Part shown: piece by piece, positions 48,693 through 61,200 of the stretch
Layout of the letters: every line of letters starts with the position of its first letter
Position numbering within the stretch: position 1 is the first letter of the stretch
Assembly (NCBI RefSeq): GCF_964355755.1
Contig: NC_092675.1
Span: 10,163,812-10,227,811, forward strand
DNA from: Antedon mediterranea
Taxonomy: Eukaryota; Animalia; Echinodermata
Direction of reading: 5' to 3'
Length of the DNA: 64,000 nt
Program-made: the position numbers and the translations under genes
Notes under the pieces: model-generated
Databases searched by the model: none
What the model saw: the letters and a program-made list of their open reading frames with translations, nothing else
What the model was told of the DNA's origin: nothing

Positions 48693-51409
48693 AAGTGATA
48701 GTTTTGGTCTGAAAATACTAGGAATGAATATGTTTTAAAAAAATAACAAGAAAAAGTGGAGCCTTTCTTTTCAGATATCACATGATAAATTGAAACGTGT
48801 TGCCCACGATACACCATACGGTAGGCTACTCCAGGCCCGTAAACTAGTTTTTATAGAGGGGTTCGAATTTGAAAGCCTTTCATAGACCTACCAATTACGA
48901 TTAATGTGTATGTGTCTATTAAATTTCAAATACACCTGCTCTGTGGATGATGGTTTTCAGTGGAAGAGATGGCGATTAGGAGGGAGTTCTCAACCTCAGA
49001 ACCCCCCCCCCCCCCCCATCGTGTTCGGATTGAGTAAGGATGTTTTGATAATATGGACCTATAGTTGACCAGAAATTAAGTTATGTAAAAATCGTATCAA
49101 AGTTCCAGCTTGGAGTCAATTGTATAAAACCTTAAAAAGATATTTGAATCTGAAATATACACATAGGTCGTGCCAATTTCAATGGTAGGGGTGATTGAGG
49201 GAAGGGGTCGTCTGCACCACCTCAGTTCCATCATGGTTGGGGCTGAGGTAAGAAATGAAAACATGGACCTTTTAGTTGATACAATCGTATCAAACTTCTC
49301 AATTCTCTAACAATAATGTTGTTGTTTGTACTGTCTACTTTTAATTTATGGATAGGGAAAGTCACGCCGTCTCCACACACATAGACTTCCCAACTCATTA
49401 TGCTATAATACCAAATTTAAACTCTTGCAATATTTCACTTTAAAACTATACCCACTTTCTTTCTTGCTTGTGTGTAAAATTATGAAAATCTAAAGACAAA
49501 TCAAATAAAACCGTTACTACAGTAGTATGACTATGTTATTATAAACCTAAAGGACATTTTTGTTGGATTTACTAATAATTTAAGAAGCAAGTAAATGAAT
49601 GAACCATCATACTACATCAGTGCGCATGTGATTTTAATTAAAACTAGTATCCTAAATATAGGTTTGTGAATAAAGATTACTATGCAACTAATTTACATTT
49701 TTTTTTTTTTTTTTTATTTATTTGGTATATTAAAAATACAGCCAATTAAAAAACGACAGTAAAGGACTGAAATAAATTGCATTACAAATATATAACAATT
49801 AGTTAAAATTTCTATAAAAATAGAAACATCCTATTAAAATTAAATATCGTACCATGAATTAAGAAAACATACAAAACATTCAGTTATTAAATATCTTAAA
49901 AATACAGGGGTACCAAATTACAACAAGGAACTAAATAAGGCCCATTGACTTAACAAAAAAAAAGCTAATTTGTATTAAAAAGATTCAATATAACTAAGTT
50001 TGTTGCATCAAACAGCTTATTGGAATGGAAGGAAACATTGGAACATCTGAACAAAACAAACCTAAGTTCTTTAGAATTAAATTATTAATTTTTAGTTTTA
50101 ATTAAAATCACATATGAATGATGTTTAAGGTCTACCGTGCAATGTCATAACAAACATGGTAAGCTTCTTAATTAGTATTAGCTATACATTATTATAAGTT
50201 AGTGATTCCAACAAAAAGGAGGACAGGTAAATAAACAATATCTATAATATAGTCATACTACGGTTACTTTGATTTGTTTTTATTGTTCAACTATGGTTTT
50301 AAAATATGTAACAGTATACTGTATAGCATTTGTCATTCATTTACCTGAATTTTTTAAAATTGTTAAACACTGATATAGTTTAGATCTGTAATTATAATAC
50401 TAAATATTAATAATGATCTTGGTGATGAGAGATTTAACTGTGATGTTATTCATTAAAATTAATAGAATTTCCTACTTAGGACTTCCGATACAAAGTATTC
50501 ATAGTATATACCATACTCAAACAACAGTCAATGATATTTTGATATTAAGCAAGACAATATTCGCTTGTTTTTAAAAATGTAAGTGTGCTCCACACAAAAA
50601 TGTTTGTACTAGCTATAGGTTAAATGTCAAAATAAGGTGTTTTTTTAACATTTTGTGTATTTCTGTTGTATTAGAGCAAAAATAATTATATATATTGCGA
50701 GTAATTTGAGACTAAAATTATAACTTTCTGACTAGTGGTAGCTGAGATATTGATATGGCCATTTTCTTGACCAATGGTCAAAAATAAAGTTTCACGGTCA
50801 TTTTTGGCAAAAGTTTACCATTAAAGTGAATAGAAATATGTATCTTCTGAGTATTTTGACACCAACTACGACCATATCTGCCTAACAATTTCTGAGATAT
50901 GAAAAGTGTGCTCTAAGCCAAAAATGTTTGTGCCGGCTAATGTCAAAGGTCAAAATTAAGGGTTTATTGACAGTTTATGATTTTTATTACATTAGAACAA
51001 ATATAAACATATACTTTGCGAGTAATTTGAGACCACAATTATCACTTTCTGACAAGTGGTAAATATTCATATGGCCAATTTCTTGACCAGTGGTCAGAAA
51101 AGGGGGTTCTGTCCACTATGGCGCGCCAAGCTGTCATTTATTCAAGAAATAGAGATATCTTAGTTTTTAATAGAGATATCTTAGTTTTAAATAGAGATAT
51201 TTTAGTTTTAAATAGAGATATCTCTATTAATAGAGATATCTTAGTTTTAAATAGAGATATCTCTATTTAAAACTAAGATATCTCTATTAAAAACTAAGAT
51301 ATCTCTATTAAAAACTAAGACCACAATTATCACTTTCTGACAAGTGGTTAATGAAATATTCATATGGCCAATTTCTTGACCAGTGGTCAGAAAAGGGGGT
51401 TCTGTCCAC

Positions 51410-52000
51410 TATGGCGCGCCAAGCTGTCATTTATTCAAGAAATAGAGATATCTTAGTTTTTAATAGAGATATCTTAGTTTTAAATAGAGATATCTTAGTT
51501 TTAAATAGAGATATCTCTATTTAAAACTAAGATATCTTTCCGATTAATAGTATATTGTACAAAATAAGGACGGTTCAAAAGGACGATAGTCGGGTTCATT
51601 GCAATGAGTATCGACGTGTTCACGCTTAAATTTATTTTTCGTATAACAAACATGGAGATAACAATTATCTTCATCTACATCTTCTACTCCTCCCCACTGA
51701 CTGTGCTTGGAATAACACGTATTTTATAAACAATTTTCTAGGCATTGACCGCAAACCAGAGATATCTCTATTAATAGAGATATCTCTATTAATAGAGATA
51801 TCTCTATTAATAGAGATATCTCTATTAAAAACTAAGATATCTTAGTTTTTAATAGAGATATCTTAGTTTTTAATAGAGATATCTTAGTTTTAAATAGAGA
51901 TATCTCTATTAATAGAGATATCTTAGTTTAAAACTAAGATATCTTAGTTTTAAACTAAGATATCTTTATTTCCGAATAAATGACAGCTTGGCGCGCCATA
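51410..52000. mobile_element. IS3EU-like non-autonomous element with internal 20-bp AGATATCT repeats; duplicated left end at 51117-51320
   Basis: TIR TATGGCGCGCCAAGCTGTCATTTATTC / GAATAAATGACAGCTTGGCGCGCCATA with 6-bp TSD GTCCAC. TAY..RTA termini. Confidence 0.75.
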
Positions 52001-52330
52001 GTCCACTTTTGACAAAAGTTTTCCATTAGAGTGAATAGAAATATGGGTCTTCTGAGTAGTTTGGCACAAAAAATATTCCAATACACCTAGTAGTTACCAA
52101 GTTATGCACAGTTCTAACTTTGACCGTATTGACCTTTTGGCCGCTGTACTGACCAAGCATCCCAATTTGTTTTCGGCCAACAGCAAAAAATTGATTTGTA
52201 TTGATATAAGGAAGCAAAAAAACATTGTTAACATAGTTTGCTAGAGGGTTCACGTAAACCCTTTCTGGCTCCTCAACTAAAACAAAATAAATAAAACGTT
52301 ATAACATATACATATTAAATGAATTAATTA

Positions 52331-53043
52331 ACAAGGCCATATAGATGGCTGCAGTCGCGTGCTTAGTGTTTACCGACCGACCGACCAACCTACCAACTGA
52401 CCGAAATTACTGAACATGTTTAAAAATGTTGAAATGTTTAAAAACAGTTATATTTTTTTAATTTACACGTGCGTAGCCTGTCACTTTTGACGTGCTCTTA
52501 TAACGTAATTTCGAGTTGAAAAGTAAGTCAAGAAAACAGAAATCGGGCAAAAGAGTGCGCAATAACATTTAACGTGCAGTGCGCGCGCAAAAATCTGCGC
52601 ACTCATGTCAATTTTGTAAACGCTTAAAATTGCCTGAAACGTACTCTTATTTCATCGAAAATAAATTTTGAAAATTTTAAGCGCGTGTACGCATGCGTTA
52701 CATGCGCTACGCACGTTATTGTATTGCCATATGATGATTTATGCCCTGAAATTTATGAGTACCAAATTTTATTTAATTGTGATTCATGGTTGTGAAGATA
52801 TGATTACAAACGTGATTTCGTTAAATCGTGCGTTGACCGCGTAATTTTTTATTGCGCACCGTGAAAACATAACCACATCGATTCCTGGCCATAAGGAATA
52901 TACTGTGAACAATAGACTTAGCTAGATTAAACTGATATCAAGATAAGGTCAGAAAGCGATAAAACGCATAGTGATACCGGACCGACAGACAGACCGACCG
53001 ACCGACATAGTGAACTATAGAGTCGCTTCCACGCGACTAAAAA
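52331..53043. mobile_element. Helentron-associated non-autonomous element (HINE/DINE-1-like)
   Basis: Sub-terminal AGTCGCGTG / CACGCGACT, (GACC)n microsatellites near both ends, and terminal stem-loop AGTCGC-TTCCAC-GCGACT followed by AAAAA. Confidence 0.6.
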
Positions 53044-53182
53044 TCACGAATAACCTCAGAATCAAATGTGATACAGGATTAATTATACCATAGCTAGGCC
53101 TACATATTAACGGATTCTGCTAAAAAAGGCAAGTAAATTAATTCACGATGTTTGTATTTTACCTTACCAGCTAGGCTTACAA

Positions 53183-53320
53183 AACTAAGCCCAACTAAGC
53201 TGGGCCTAAACGGGCCTAAACTAAGCCCAACTAAGCTGGGCCTAAACGGGCCTAAACTAAGCCCAACTAAGCTGGGCCTAAACGGGCCTAAACTAAGCCC
53301 AACTAAGCTGGGCCTAAACG
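53183..53320. repeat. 36-bp minisatellite, about 3.8 perfect copies
   Basis: Unit AACTAAGCCCAACTAAGCTGGGCCTAAACGGGCCTA. Confidence 0.95.
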
Positions 53321-53569
53321 TCTAAGAGAGAACTTTCGAGCTACTTAGGTAGTGCATTGTTTTTCTCTTTTTATCATAATTAACCTTAATATAACGCACA
53401 TTTAAGGTTTAATGTTCTTAAAGTTATAAAATATGCAAAATGTTTACAAAACCTAAAAAATTGCAGGTCTAGTGTCTTTAACTAAAACATCGAGAGAAAA
53501 AAAGAGTACAGTAACTCCGATCTGCACTGCGAACGTGCATCAGACAGTGTGCTTTGCAAGTATGACTTC

Positions 53570-55530
53570 ATGACGAAGTGCGAACAATCATCCTAAAATC
53601 AAAGAGTAAGTCATGTGAATTAGATCCTCTACCGACATGGCTCCTGAAGGAGTGCCTTGAGGAACTTCTGCCTTTGATAACAGCTATCGTCAATGCATCA
53701 CTACAGACGGGTTACGTTCCACGCGATTTTAAACATGCGCTTCTTAAACCTCTCATAAAGAAACGTAACCTAGATCCGGAAACTCTTAAGAACTATAGAC
53801 CTGTATCTAACTTACCATTCATGTCCAAAATCCTTGAAAAAGTTGTTGACGCAAGCCTAGAAGAACACATTGTAATTAATGGCGTTCATGAGTGCAATCA
53901 GTCGGCATGCAGGAAATTTCACTCAACGGAGACTGCCCTTCTGAAGGTCTAAAGTGACATTATCACGTCTCTAGACAAGGGTTACGCTTCTGCGCTTATA
54001 CTACTTGACCTTTCAGCCGCCTTTGATACGATCGACCATCAGACACTACTTCAACGGCTTTATCATCATTTTGGAGTACGTGGAAATGCCCTAGCATGGA
54101 TTTCATCTTATCTGAAGGATCGTTATCAATCAGTTTTCATTAATAATGCGCGTTCGAATCCACTTCCCCTTAAATATGGAGTACCGCAAGGATCGGTCCT
54201 TGGACCGAAGTTTTATTCGATGTACACAAAGCCCATTGGAGACATCGTTCGGCGACATGGACTCGGCTACCAGTTGTATGCGGATGATACGCAAATGTAC
54301 GTTTCTTTTCGCCCAAATGACAAGTCAGAAATACAATCTGCTCTAATTTCGATGGAAAAATGTGTTTCAGATGTCAAGGTATGGATGACCCAAAACATAC
54401 TGAAATTAAATGAAGGAAAAACGGAAGTGATACTCTTTTCGTCACGGTACACTAAGACCAGTATAAATTTGGACGTGAATGTCGGAAACATAGTTCTAAA
54501 ACCAACGTCGACTGTGAGAGACCTCGGAGTAATATTCGACAAACATCTTACTATGGATTCACATGTACAATCGATCTCGAGGCAGTGTTATATGCACTTA
54601 CGTAATATCTCTCATATCCGACGTCATCTAACATATGATGCCACGAAATCATTGATACAACTACAACTACAACTATTGATAAATTACAAAAAGTCCAGAA
54701 TACGGCAGCGCGAATAATTACGAAAACCTGTAAATATGAGCACATTACACCTATTTTAAAGGAGCTCCATTGGCTACCGGTGCAGGCACGCATAAAGTAT
54801 AAGTTACTTGTACACACCTTCAAGGCATTGCATGATCAGGAGCCGACTTACATCAATGATATGCTGAAGGTTTATCAACCAAATAGGCCATTACGATCAC
54901 AGGATTCTTTTACTTTATGTGTTCCTAGAGTTAAAACTAAATCGTATGGTGAAAGGTGTTTCATGAAGGCCGCGCCGACTCTATGGAATGCTCTTCCATA
55001 CCAGCTCCGCAGTGCTTCTTCCTTGAACATTTTTATGGGGGAACTTAAAACACACTTATTTGTGTCATACTACAACAATGATTGATTTCAATTTGAATAT
55101 AGTATATTGATGCCTATTTTTGTAATCTTGTATTTTTCTACTGCAATTTGTTTGGTCAATTACTGTGCAATAATATTTTTAATCAATTTAATTAAAATTA
55201 AAAAAAATAAATTAAATAAATAAATAAATAAATAAATAAATTAAATAATAATTAATATGTAAATAAATTGTATTTTTGTAATCGTAGTTTAAGAAATTCC
55301 GACCTATTTTGTATATCGTTCATTTTATTTTTCTATTTTATGCGATTTTAATTAATGTACAGTAAGAATATTTATAACTTAGTTTAAGAAAATCTTATTT
55401 CGAATAATTTGAGGTTACTTTTGTAATTATTGCTTATGATGTTTGTCTTTATGATGTGAAGCGCCTTTGAGCATGAGTTTTCATGAAAAGGGCGCTATAG
55501 AAATCTGGTAAATAAATAAAAATAAATAAA
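53570..55530 (+). mobile_element. 5'-truncated L2-clade LINE (RT and 3' UTR)
   Basis: [78 protein letters not shown]2-type 3' hairpin AAGCGCCTTTGAG...AAGGGCGCTATAGAAAT and (TAAA)n tail. Confidence 0.93.
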
Positions 55531-56965
55531 TGAGTTCAGGCATGACTCATGAATATTTATGATATATGCACGGCCTCTATAGTTTCTGCCTTAATCTAAT
55601 AAATAGGAAAAAAATATGCTTCCCGATCTCGATAGTGGCTGTTCAAACTCTCCGCGGCGCATGTGTCCGTTAAGGGGCGCAGCCACATATAAGTCCTTTG
55701 ATCCTTGGACGTACTAGCTGTACCATACTCATGCTCAGATATACCACAGTTGCTTTGTAACCAGTATCATTGTCCATGTGATTTGACTAGCAACAAAAGG
55801 GTCTTGTGAACCAGCCAGCCACGCGCGTCTAATGCCTTTTGTTTCGTAAAGCCCATTTCACACCATGCGTATAATTTTCGACAAACAATAATTTGTAAAA
55901 TTCAATATTAAAGCGTCTGTCTCGTACCTATGCGTAATATTTAAATTTCTCTTCTTCTGAACTGTGTTCACCAGTGACTGCAGTATTTATTTAGTTGAGC
56001 TTTCAGATTATGTCTGGCTAGGTGAGTAATTATAAAATATTCTTTAATATTTTACAAATTATTTAAAGTTGTGAAATAAACGAAAGGAGCTTATCATCTT
56101 ATGTTGGATTGTTTATGTTATGAATATTTAATGATTACGAAAATGATAAGATCGTATCATTCCAAGTCAAACATAAATCTATCTGTATCTATCTTACAGT
56201 CCACGTTCGAATTAGGACTTAGATAGAGGGGATTCCATGTTTCTTACAATGTTCTTCCTTGCGTTGGCCTACATCTTATCTACACTATCAAACTAGTTTA
56301 ACAAAAAAAAGTGTGACGTACCCAAATATGGTAGTGAATTGACGCAATCCTGTCCATATGGTTATGAGCACATCATATTTCTTTTCACATACAGGCAGAG
56401 CTTTAAAATATTATTTTAAGAGCAAGGGTACTGAGCGATGAATAATTTACGTAGTTAGTAGTGATGTATGATCGTCCGTATCACGATTATTAACGTTGTG
56501 GTGCTTCCTTACATATTATAGATTTATGAAGTAATTATTCATTCCATACCGTAATTACAGTAGGCCACATACTACCTCGCCATCACTAACTAGAAAGTGT
56601 TTGGTGTGATGACACATAACAAGTATACATTTGGCTTTATAATATCCCTCCCATTTTGGTTTCAGACTACTAAAATCCAAATGCGTAGTTCTAAACACCA
56701 ACATATTTGTGGCGTAAGGTAAACTATAATCACTATAATTATGCTTTATGCTGTGAAATATAAGGGTTATACATATGCAAAATACATATTAATAACATTA
56801 TTTGAATTTTAAAACAATGATTGTTTTATTCTGGGTTTCAGACGCTAACGAAGTTATGATAGAGACTGTTCCAAACTGCGTGTCAAAGTCAACATGCTGA
56901 AATTAAACATGTCGCTCTAATTTGATATCTGGGTGTATTATTTCTAAATAAGTGTTTATACAGAT

Positions 56966-58261
56966 ATGGCTATAAGTAAAGCTATACAGCAACAGAACAG
57001 ACGTAGGATTCGTATAGGACATTCATCGACGTTCGTGATAAAAATGAAGTTGGTTTTTGCAGCCATGACACTTGCAATTGTTTATGTACAATCCGGCGTA
57101 ATAGTTCAGGGACCACAAAGCATTACAGTTATCGAAGGAGATACTGTGATACTCTCGTGTAGAGCTGATGGTTTAGATGAAACATCAGGCCAAGCTGTTA
57201 TTTGGGAAGAGACAAGCTCACATCCAACCATCAGCCATAATCGGCAGATTGTCAGAGAGGAGAAAATGAACAGATTTTCAATTGTAGGTAACGAGACAAA
57301 TGGTGAATACAATCTTCAGATAACATCAGTCATTCCCGAAGATAACGGAATATATTCATGTTCTGTTTTTCGAGGTTCGAGCACAAATGCGTCAGCATTT
57401 CTTACAGTTCTGTATCCTCCATCCAATAAGTATCCTGTGTGCTTTCCGCTTGAAAATAAATTACAGTTTACAGAAATCGAGATGTTGTCGATCGTTTGCA
57501 AAACGGGAATATCGTATCCACCAGCAAACGTATCGTGGATGAACGCTAATAGCCAAGTCATTAACGATACAAATGTGGTATTGATCGGCGACGAATACAT
57601 TGTGTCTCATAAAGAAGTAATTTACAATTACCACGACGGAGCTTCATTTACTTGCTCTGTATCACATCCACTGTGGTCTAAACCAAAAAACTGTTCAATA
57701 GGTCCATTGTACATTCTCTACCGACCATTGATAACAATATCAGTGCAAATGACAACCGCCAATGTCGAATTAAAATGTGTAGCTATTGGAAACCCGTCAA
57801 CATTCACGTATAAGTGGGTGGTGTTCTTGGGCAATCAGACGTCACCACAAGTCTACTTTAAAAAGTTAGATATTATGAGTGAAACTGACAGTCTAATACT
57901 ACAGAGAACGGATTATTATAGCGCCGAACTAGTCGTTGAATGTTCAGCTAGAAACTCAGAAGGAGAAGGACGAACAAATGCTACCATCATGCTATCCTCA
58001 TCTCATTGTCGAGGTAGTACAACTAAGATTATAGATGTGTGTCGAACCATATCAGTTCCGACTATTTGTGTATTGGTCATTCTCATTATTTTATCTTTGA
58101 TAGCCATTGTATTCCTAATTATGAAGATACAAAAGCTAAGAAAGAGCGCCGCAAAGACTGATGTATCAAACGTAAGCTCGAGGGTGGAAATGAAACGGAA
58201 AGGTAACAACGGTGTTTATGTTACACTAACTGAATCGATCGAAAACTTGGAAAGAATTTGA
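56966..58261 (+). CDS. Type I membrane protein with three Ig domains (V-C2-C2; nectin/CADM/nephrin-like). Likely start at 57044 (MKLVF...). Single coding exon; 5' UTR donor at 56021/56022, acceptor at 56841 or 56963
   Basis: Signal-like MKLVFAAMTLAIVYVQS. Ig motifs GDTVILSC..W..YNLQI..DNGIYSC, C...YPPANVSW..FTCSVSHP, LKC.A.GNP..Y.W..C.A.N.EG. TM helix ISVPTICVLVILIILSLIAIVFLI and a short tail with YVTL. Confidence 0.9.
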   Translation: MAISKAIQQQNRRRIRIGHSSTFVIKMKLVFAAMTLAIVYVQSGVIVQGPQSITVIEGDTVILSCRADGLDETSGQAVIWEETSSHPTISHNRQIVREEKMNRFSIVGNETNGEYNLQITSVIPEDNGIYSCSVFRGSSTNASAFLTVLYPPSNKYPVCFPLENKLQFTEIEMLSIVCKTGISYPPANVSWMNANSQVINDTNVVLIGDEYIVSHKEVIYNYHDGASFTCSVSHPLWSKPKNCSIGPLYILYRPLITISVQMTTANVELKCVAIGNPSTFTYKWVVFLGNQTSPQVYFKKLDIMSETDSLILQRTDYYSAELVVECSARNSEGEGRTNATIMLSSSHCRGSTTKIIDVCRTISVPTICVLVILIILSLIAIVFLIMKIQKLRKSAAKTDVSNVSSRVEMKRKGNNGVYVTLTESIENLERI

Positions 58262-61200
58262 TACCAACATTAAACTAAATTCATTCATTTATCAATGGTA
58301 ACCACTTAAACGAAAAGTCAACAAAATAAAAAGATGAAATTTAAATTAATGAATGTTTTTATCTATTTATATAATTGTATACGTAGAAACTGTACATAAT
58401 TGAAGTAAATTAGAGGAGTCTTTTAGATACAATTCTTCAATCGTCTCTCTTTGATCAAGATTTAACAGTTTGATTGTGGCAATGTAAATCATCCAATGAT
58501 CAACCTGCCTTTATTAAGCTCTAAACTATGTGTCATTTAAGTAATCATAAATAATTATTAGTATTATTGATTGTTACTCTACGAATATTAGCAAAATAGC
58601 AATACCTCCAAAACATCAATAATGAATTATCTGTAAACGTACTAGAATCGATTATTCTTTCTTATCATCATTTTGTTGTTAGGTTCAATTTATACAAGAA
58701 AATTCTCTTCCACTAAACACAATTCTAATTTAATCATAGGCCTATACGTTATACAAGAATATTTAAGTTTCGCACGACAATCGTATTAGAAGTTAACGAA
58801 AGCGTTATATTAATATTATCAATATAAACAAATACACATTGTACCATTATAATAAAATTAAAATATTCGAATATACAAGGTACTAAACAGGTATAAATCT
58901 AGAATTATTAGTAAAAAACCTTATAAACGAATGAGAAATATTGCTCATACATTCTAAGTTACATGAAGCTTAGTCATTATGAAACTTTACCCACTTTCTA
59001 AGATTTATATTACAAATGTGTCGCTTTATATTCTTATATTATAATATAACATAACAAAAAGAGGGGAGTAAAAGCATATCAACTATGTCAATTTAGGTAG
59101 TAACTTGCATAATAAACATGATTGTTATTGCTAACGCATGTTCATTGACTTATGGGATTTATGTTGTGTATAATGGAGAAATATTTGGGCTTTATTAACC
59201 TACGCACAGATTAGACCAATGTATCATTATCTAATTTTTAATTTCAATTCCTACTGTATATAATAGAAATGTTTTATTTTAAGGTCTGTTACCCATTTTT
59301 GTTTTATAAGTGTCAGGCCTATGACCTATTAAGGCCGTTTATAGGCCCCATATGAAGTTTTAAGGCCCGTTTTTATGCCCATTTTTAACATGATGTCCGT
59401 ACGCACGATAATCGAGGACGATAAGTAGATAAATATATACATCTATATAGAAAACAGGAGCTGATATTGACAAGGTGAATAACGACGCAAGCCTTCGCAT
59501 TTTGGTCACGTATCACCCGAATAGTCGAATAGTCGTGAACACGATTTTACATTAAATCGCCGCCACAAACGCTGGGGGCGTTTCAATCGATGAATATGAA
59601 ATATTAATACGGACAGAAGGATACGATTTTGCATTATTACTGCAAGTTAAAAGTAAATGAACATTTTGTTTTCTTGCATGCATTCTTGAATTACATGTAA
59701 ATCTTTGTACTGGGAAGCTCTTATACTGTTTGTTTAAAATTGAAATTTGATTGAAGCTAACAAGGCCGGCATCCTGAATAAAAGGGTGTTGCAGCTACAC
59801 GGACGAATGTAAAAGAAGCAAAGACGGGCAGGAATTCACTGAGAGATGTAGTCTTAACCAATCCATGTTAACAATTCGGTAAGTTGAACATATTAAGTGT
59901 AATGTTTTACTATGCATAACCATTTGTATATTAATTGTTTGTTATGATTTATTAGCAAAATCAATGTTCAAGATTTTTAATTGAGAGGATAAATCGTAGT
60001 GAAGACAATTGCTGCTAATAACAAAAAGTGATGCTGAAAATTTGTATGGAAATTTGTTTCAATATTGAAAAAGAAAAAATGATGATGATCACTTAGAATA
60101 AATATTCCTTATTAGTCAATGATGCTGTGGCTAGAGTTGTCAGTGTTCCTTAATGATTGGTCGAGCATAAAAGAATGATTGATAAGGGAAAAATGAAATA
60201 TATGTATGATATTAACCGTGATGATTACAAAAATGACATTCATCGAATAAACTATTATAAACAGATTTAGTTAAATCAAGTATTATACAGATTTATAAAA
60301 CAAATTTAAGGAGATTTGTTTGTTATGAATAGTATATTGTACTTGTTTTAGTAAACCAATCAGTTTAAAGCAATTGAACATAAGCATCAACATGCGGAAT
60401 TCCATTTGTAATATTGAATAATACCGTAGAATTGGACTTTTGACTTTTCTTTATATATTAAATATTTGATGTAAATTATTGCAATATACTGTCAGACAGT
60501 CGTTTTATTAGAACTTCACTAAGCGTAATTCTAAACAAGTTCAATTATACAGTTACATCACTGCATATATTCATTTGTTGTAAACCCGTCTTATAGTGAG
60601 ACAGTCGACAGTCAGCAATATCCTATAGTAAACATATATCTGAAGAAGTTTAATAAGAAATGTTATACTGCTTAATGGTGTATGTTGTAAATTATTCGAG
60701 TATGATATAAAGTAACAGTCGCAACATATTGTTTAATATACACATACTAAACAAATTTAATTAGATTCGATTTATTTATTTCCTCATGAAAATGTGTTTG
60801 CTTTTATTTTTGCAAAACTTCCAATAAATATTACTTGTTATACAAATTATAATTTGCAGGAGAGGCATTCATAAAATATTATTATATCACGACGTTCCTA
60901 CTTAACAGTGTCAATTTACAGTGATTGTGTGTGTAATTAAAGATGTTTGAAATTAATTGGTCAGATGTTTTGCCCTCTCTGGCGTAAATTGTACTTAGGC
61001 CTAAATTACATTTTGAGAAACTTGCAGGTCACTGTTGATAAAAAAAATTTAAAAACCGTCAGGCTTCGTTGCTTGATACACAAATTCATTGTTTGCCTAC
61101 AAACATTGGCCTAAGAGGACCGTAGGCCAGGTTACGGCTTTCGCTCTCTGCGTTTAAATTAAAATATTGCAGGCGATGATTGTACACTGCATAGGACGGT

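Larger units (their letters stand above)
47970..52279. mobile_element. Non-autonomous Academ-like element with TIRs of at least 265 bp
   Basis: TAGTTGAGGAGCCAGAAAGGG / CCCTTTCTGGCTCCTCAACTA with 3-bp TSD AAA. 47970-48235 mirrors 52015-52279. Confidence 0.8.
47786..55590. mobile_element. Kolobok-like non-autonomous element expanded to 7.8 kb by nested insertions
   Basis: TTAA|GGCAGAAACTATAGAGG ... CCTCTATAGTTTCTGCC|TTAA (17-bp perfect TIR), with subterminal CATGAATATT at both ends. Confidence 0.7.

Noticed and set aside
51145-51965. Regular 20-bp palindromic repeats as a CRISPR array
   Set aside because: No unique spacers, no cas genes, eukaryotic context, and the repeats lie within TIR/TSD-bounded transposon arms.
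48122-52253. Similar short ORFs at 48122 (+) and 52026 (-) as duplicated genes
   Set aside because: They are the two TIRs of one transposon and have no protein features.
53183-53320. 36-bp repeats as CRISPR direct repeats
   Set aside because: Head-to-tail with no spacers; a minisatellite.
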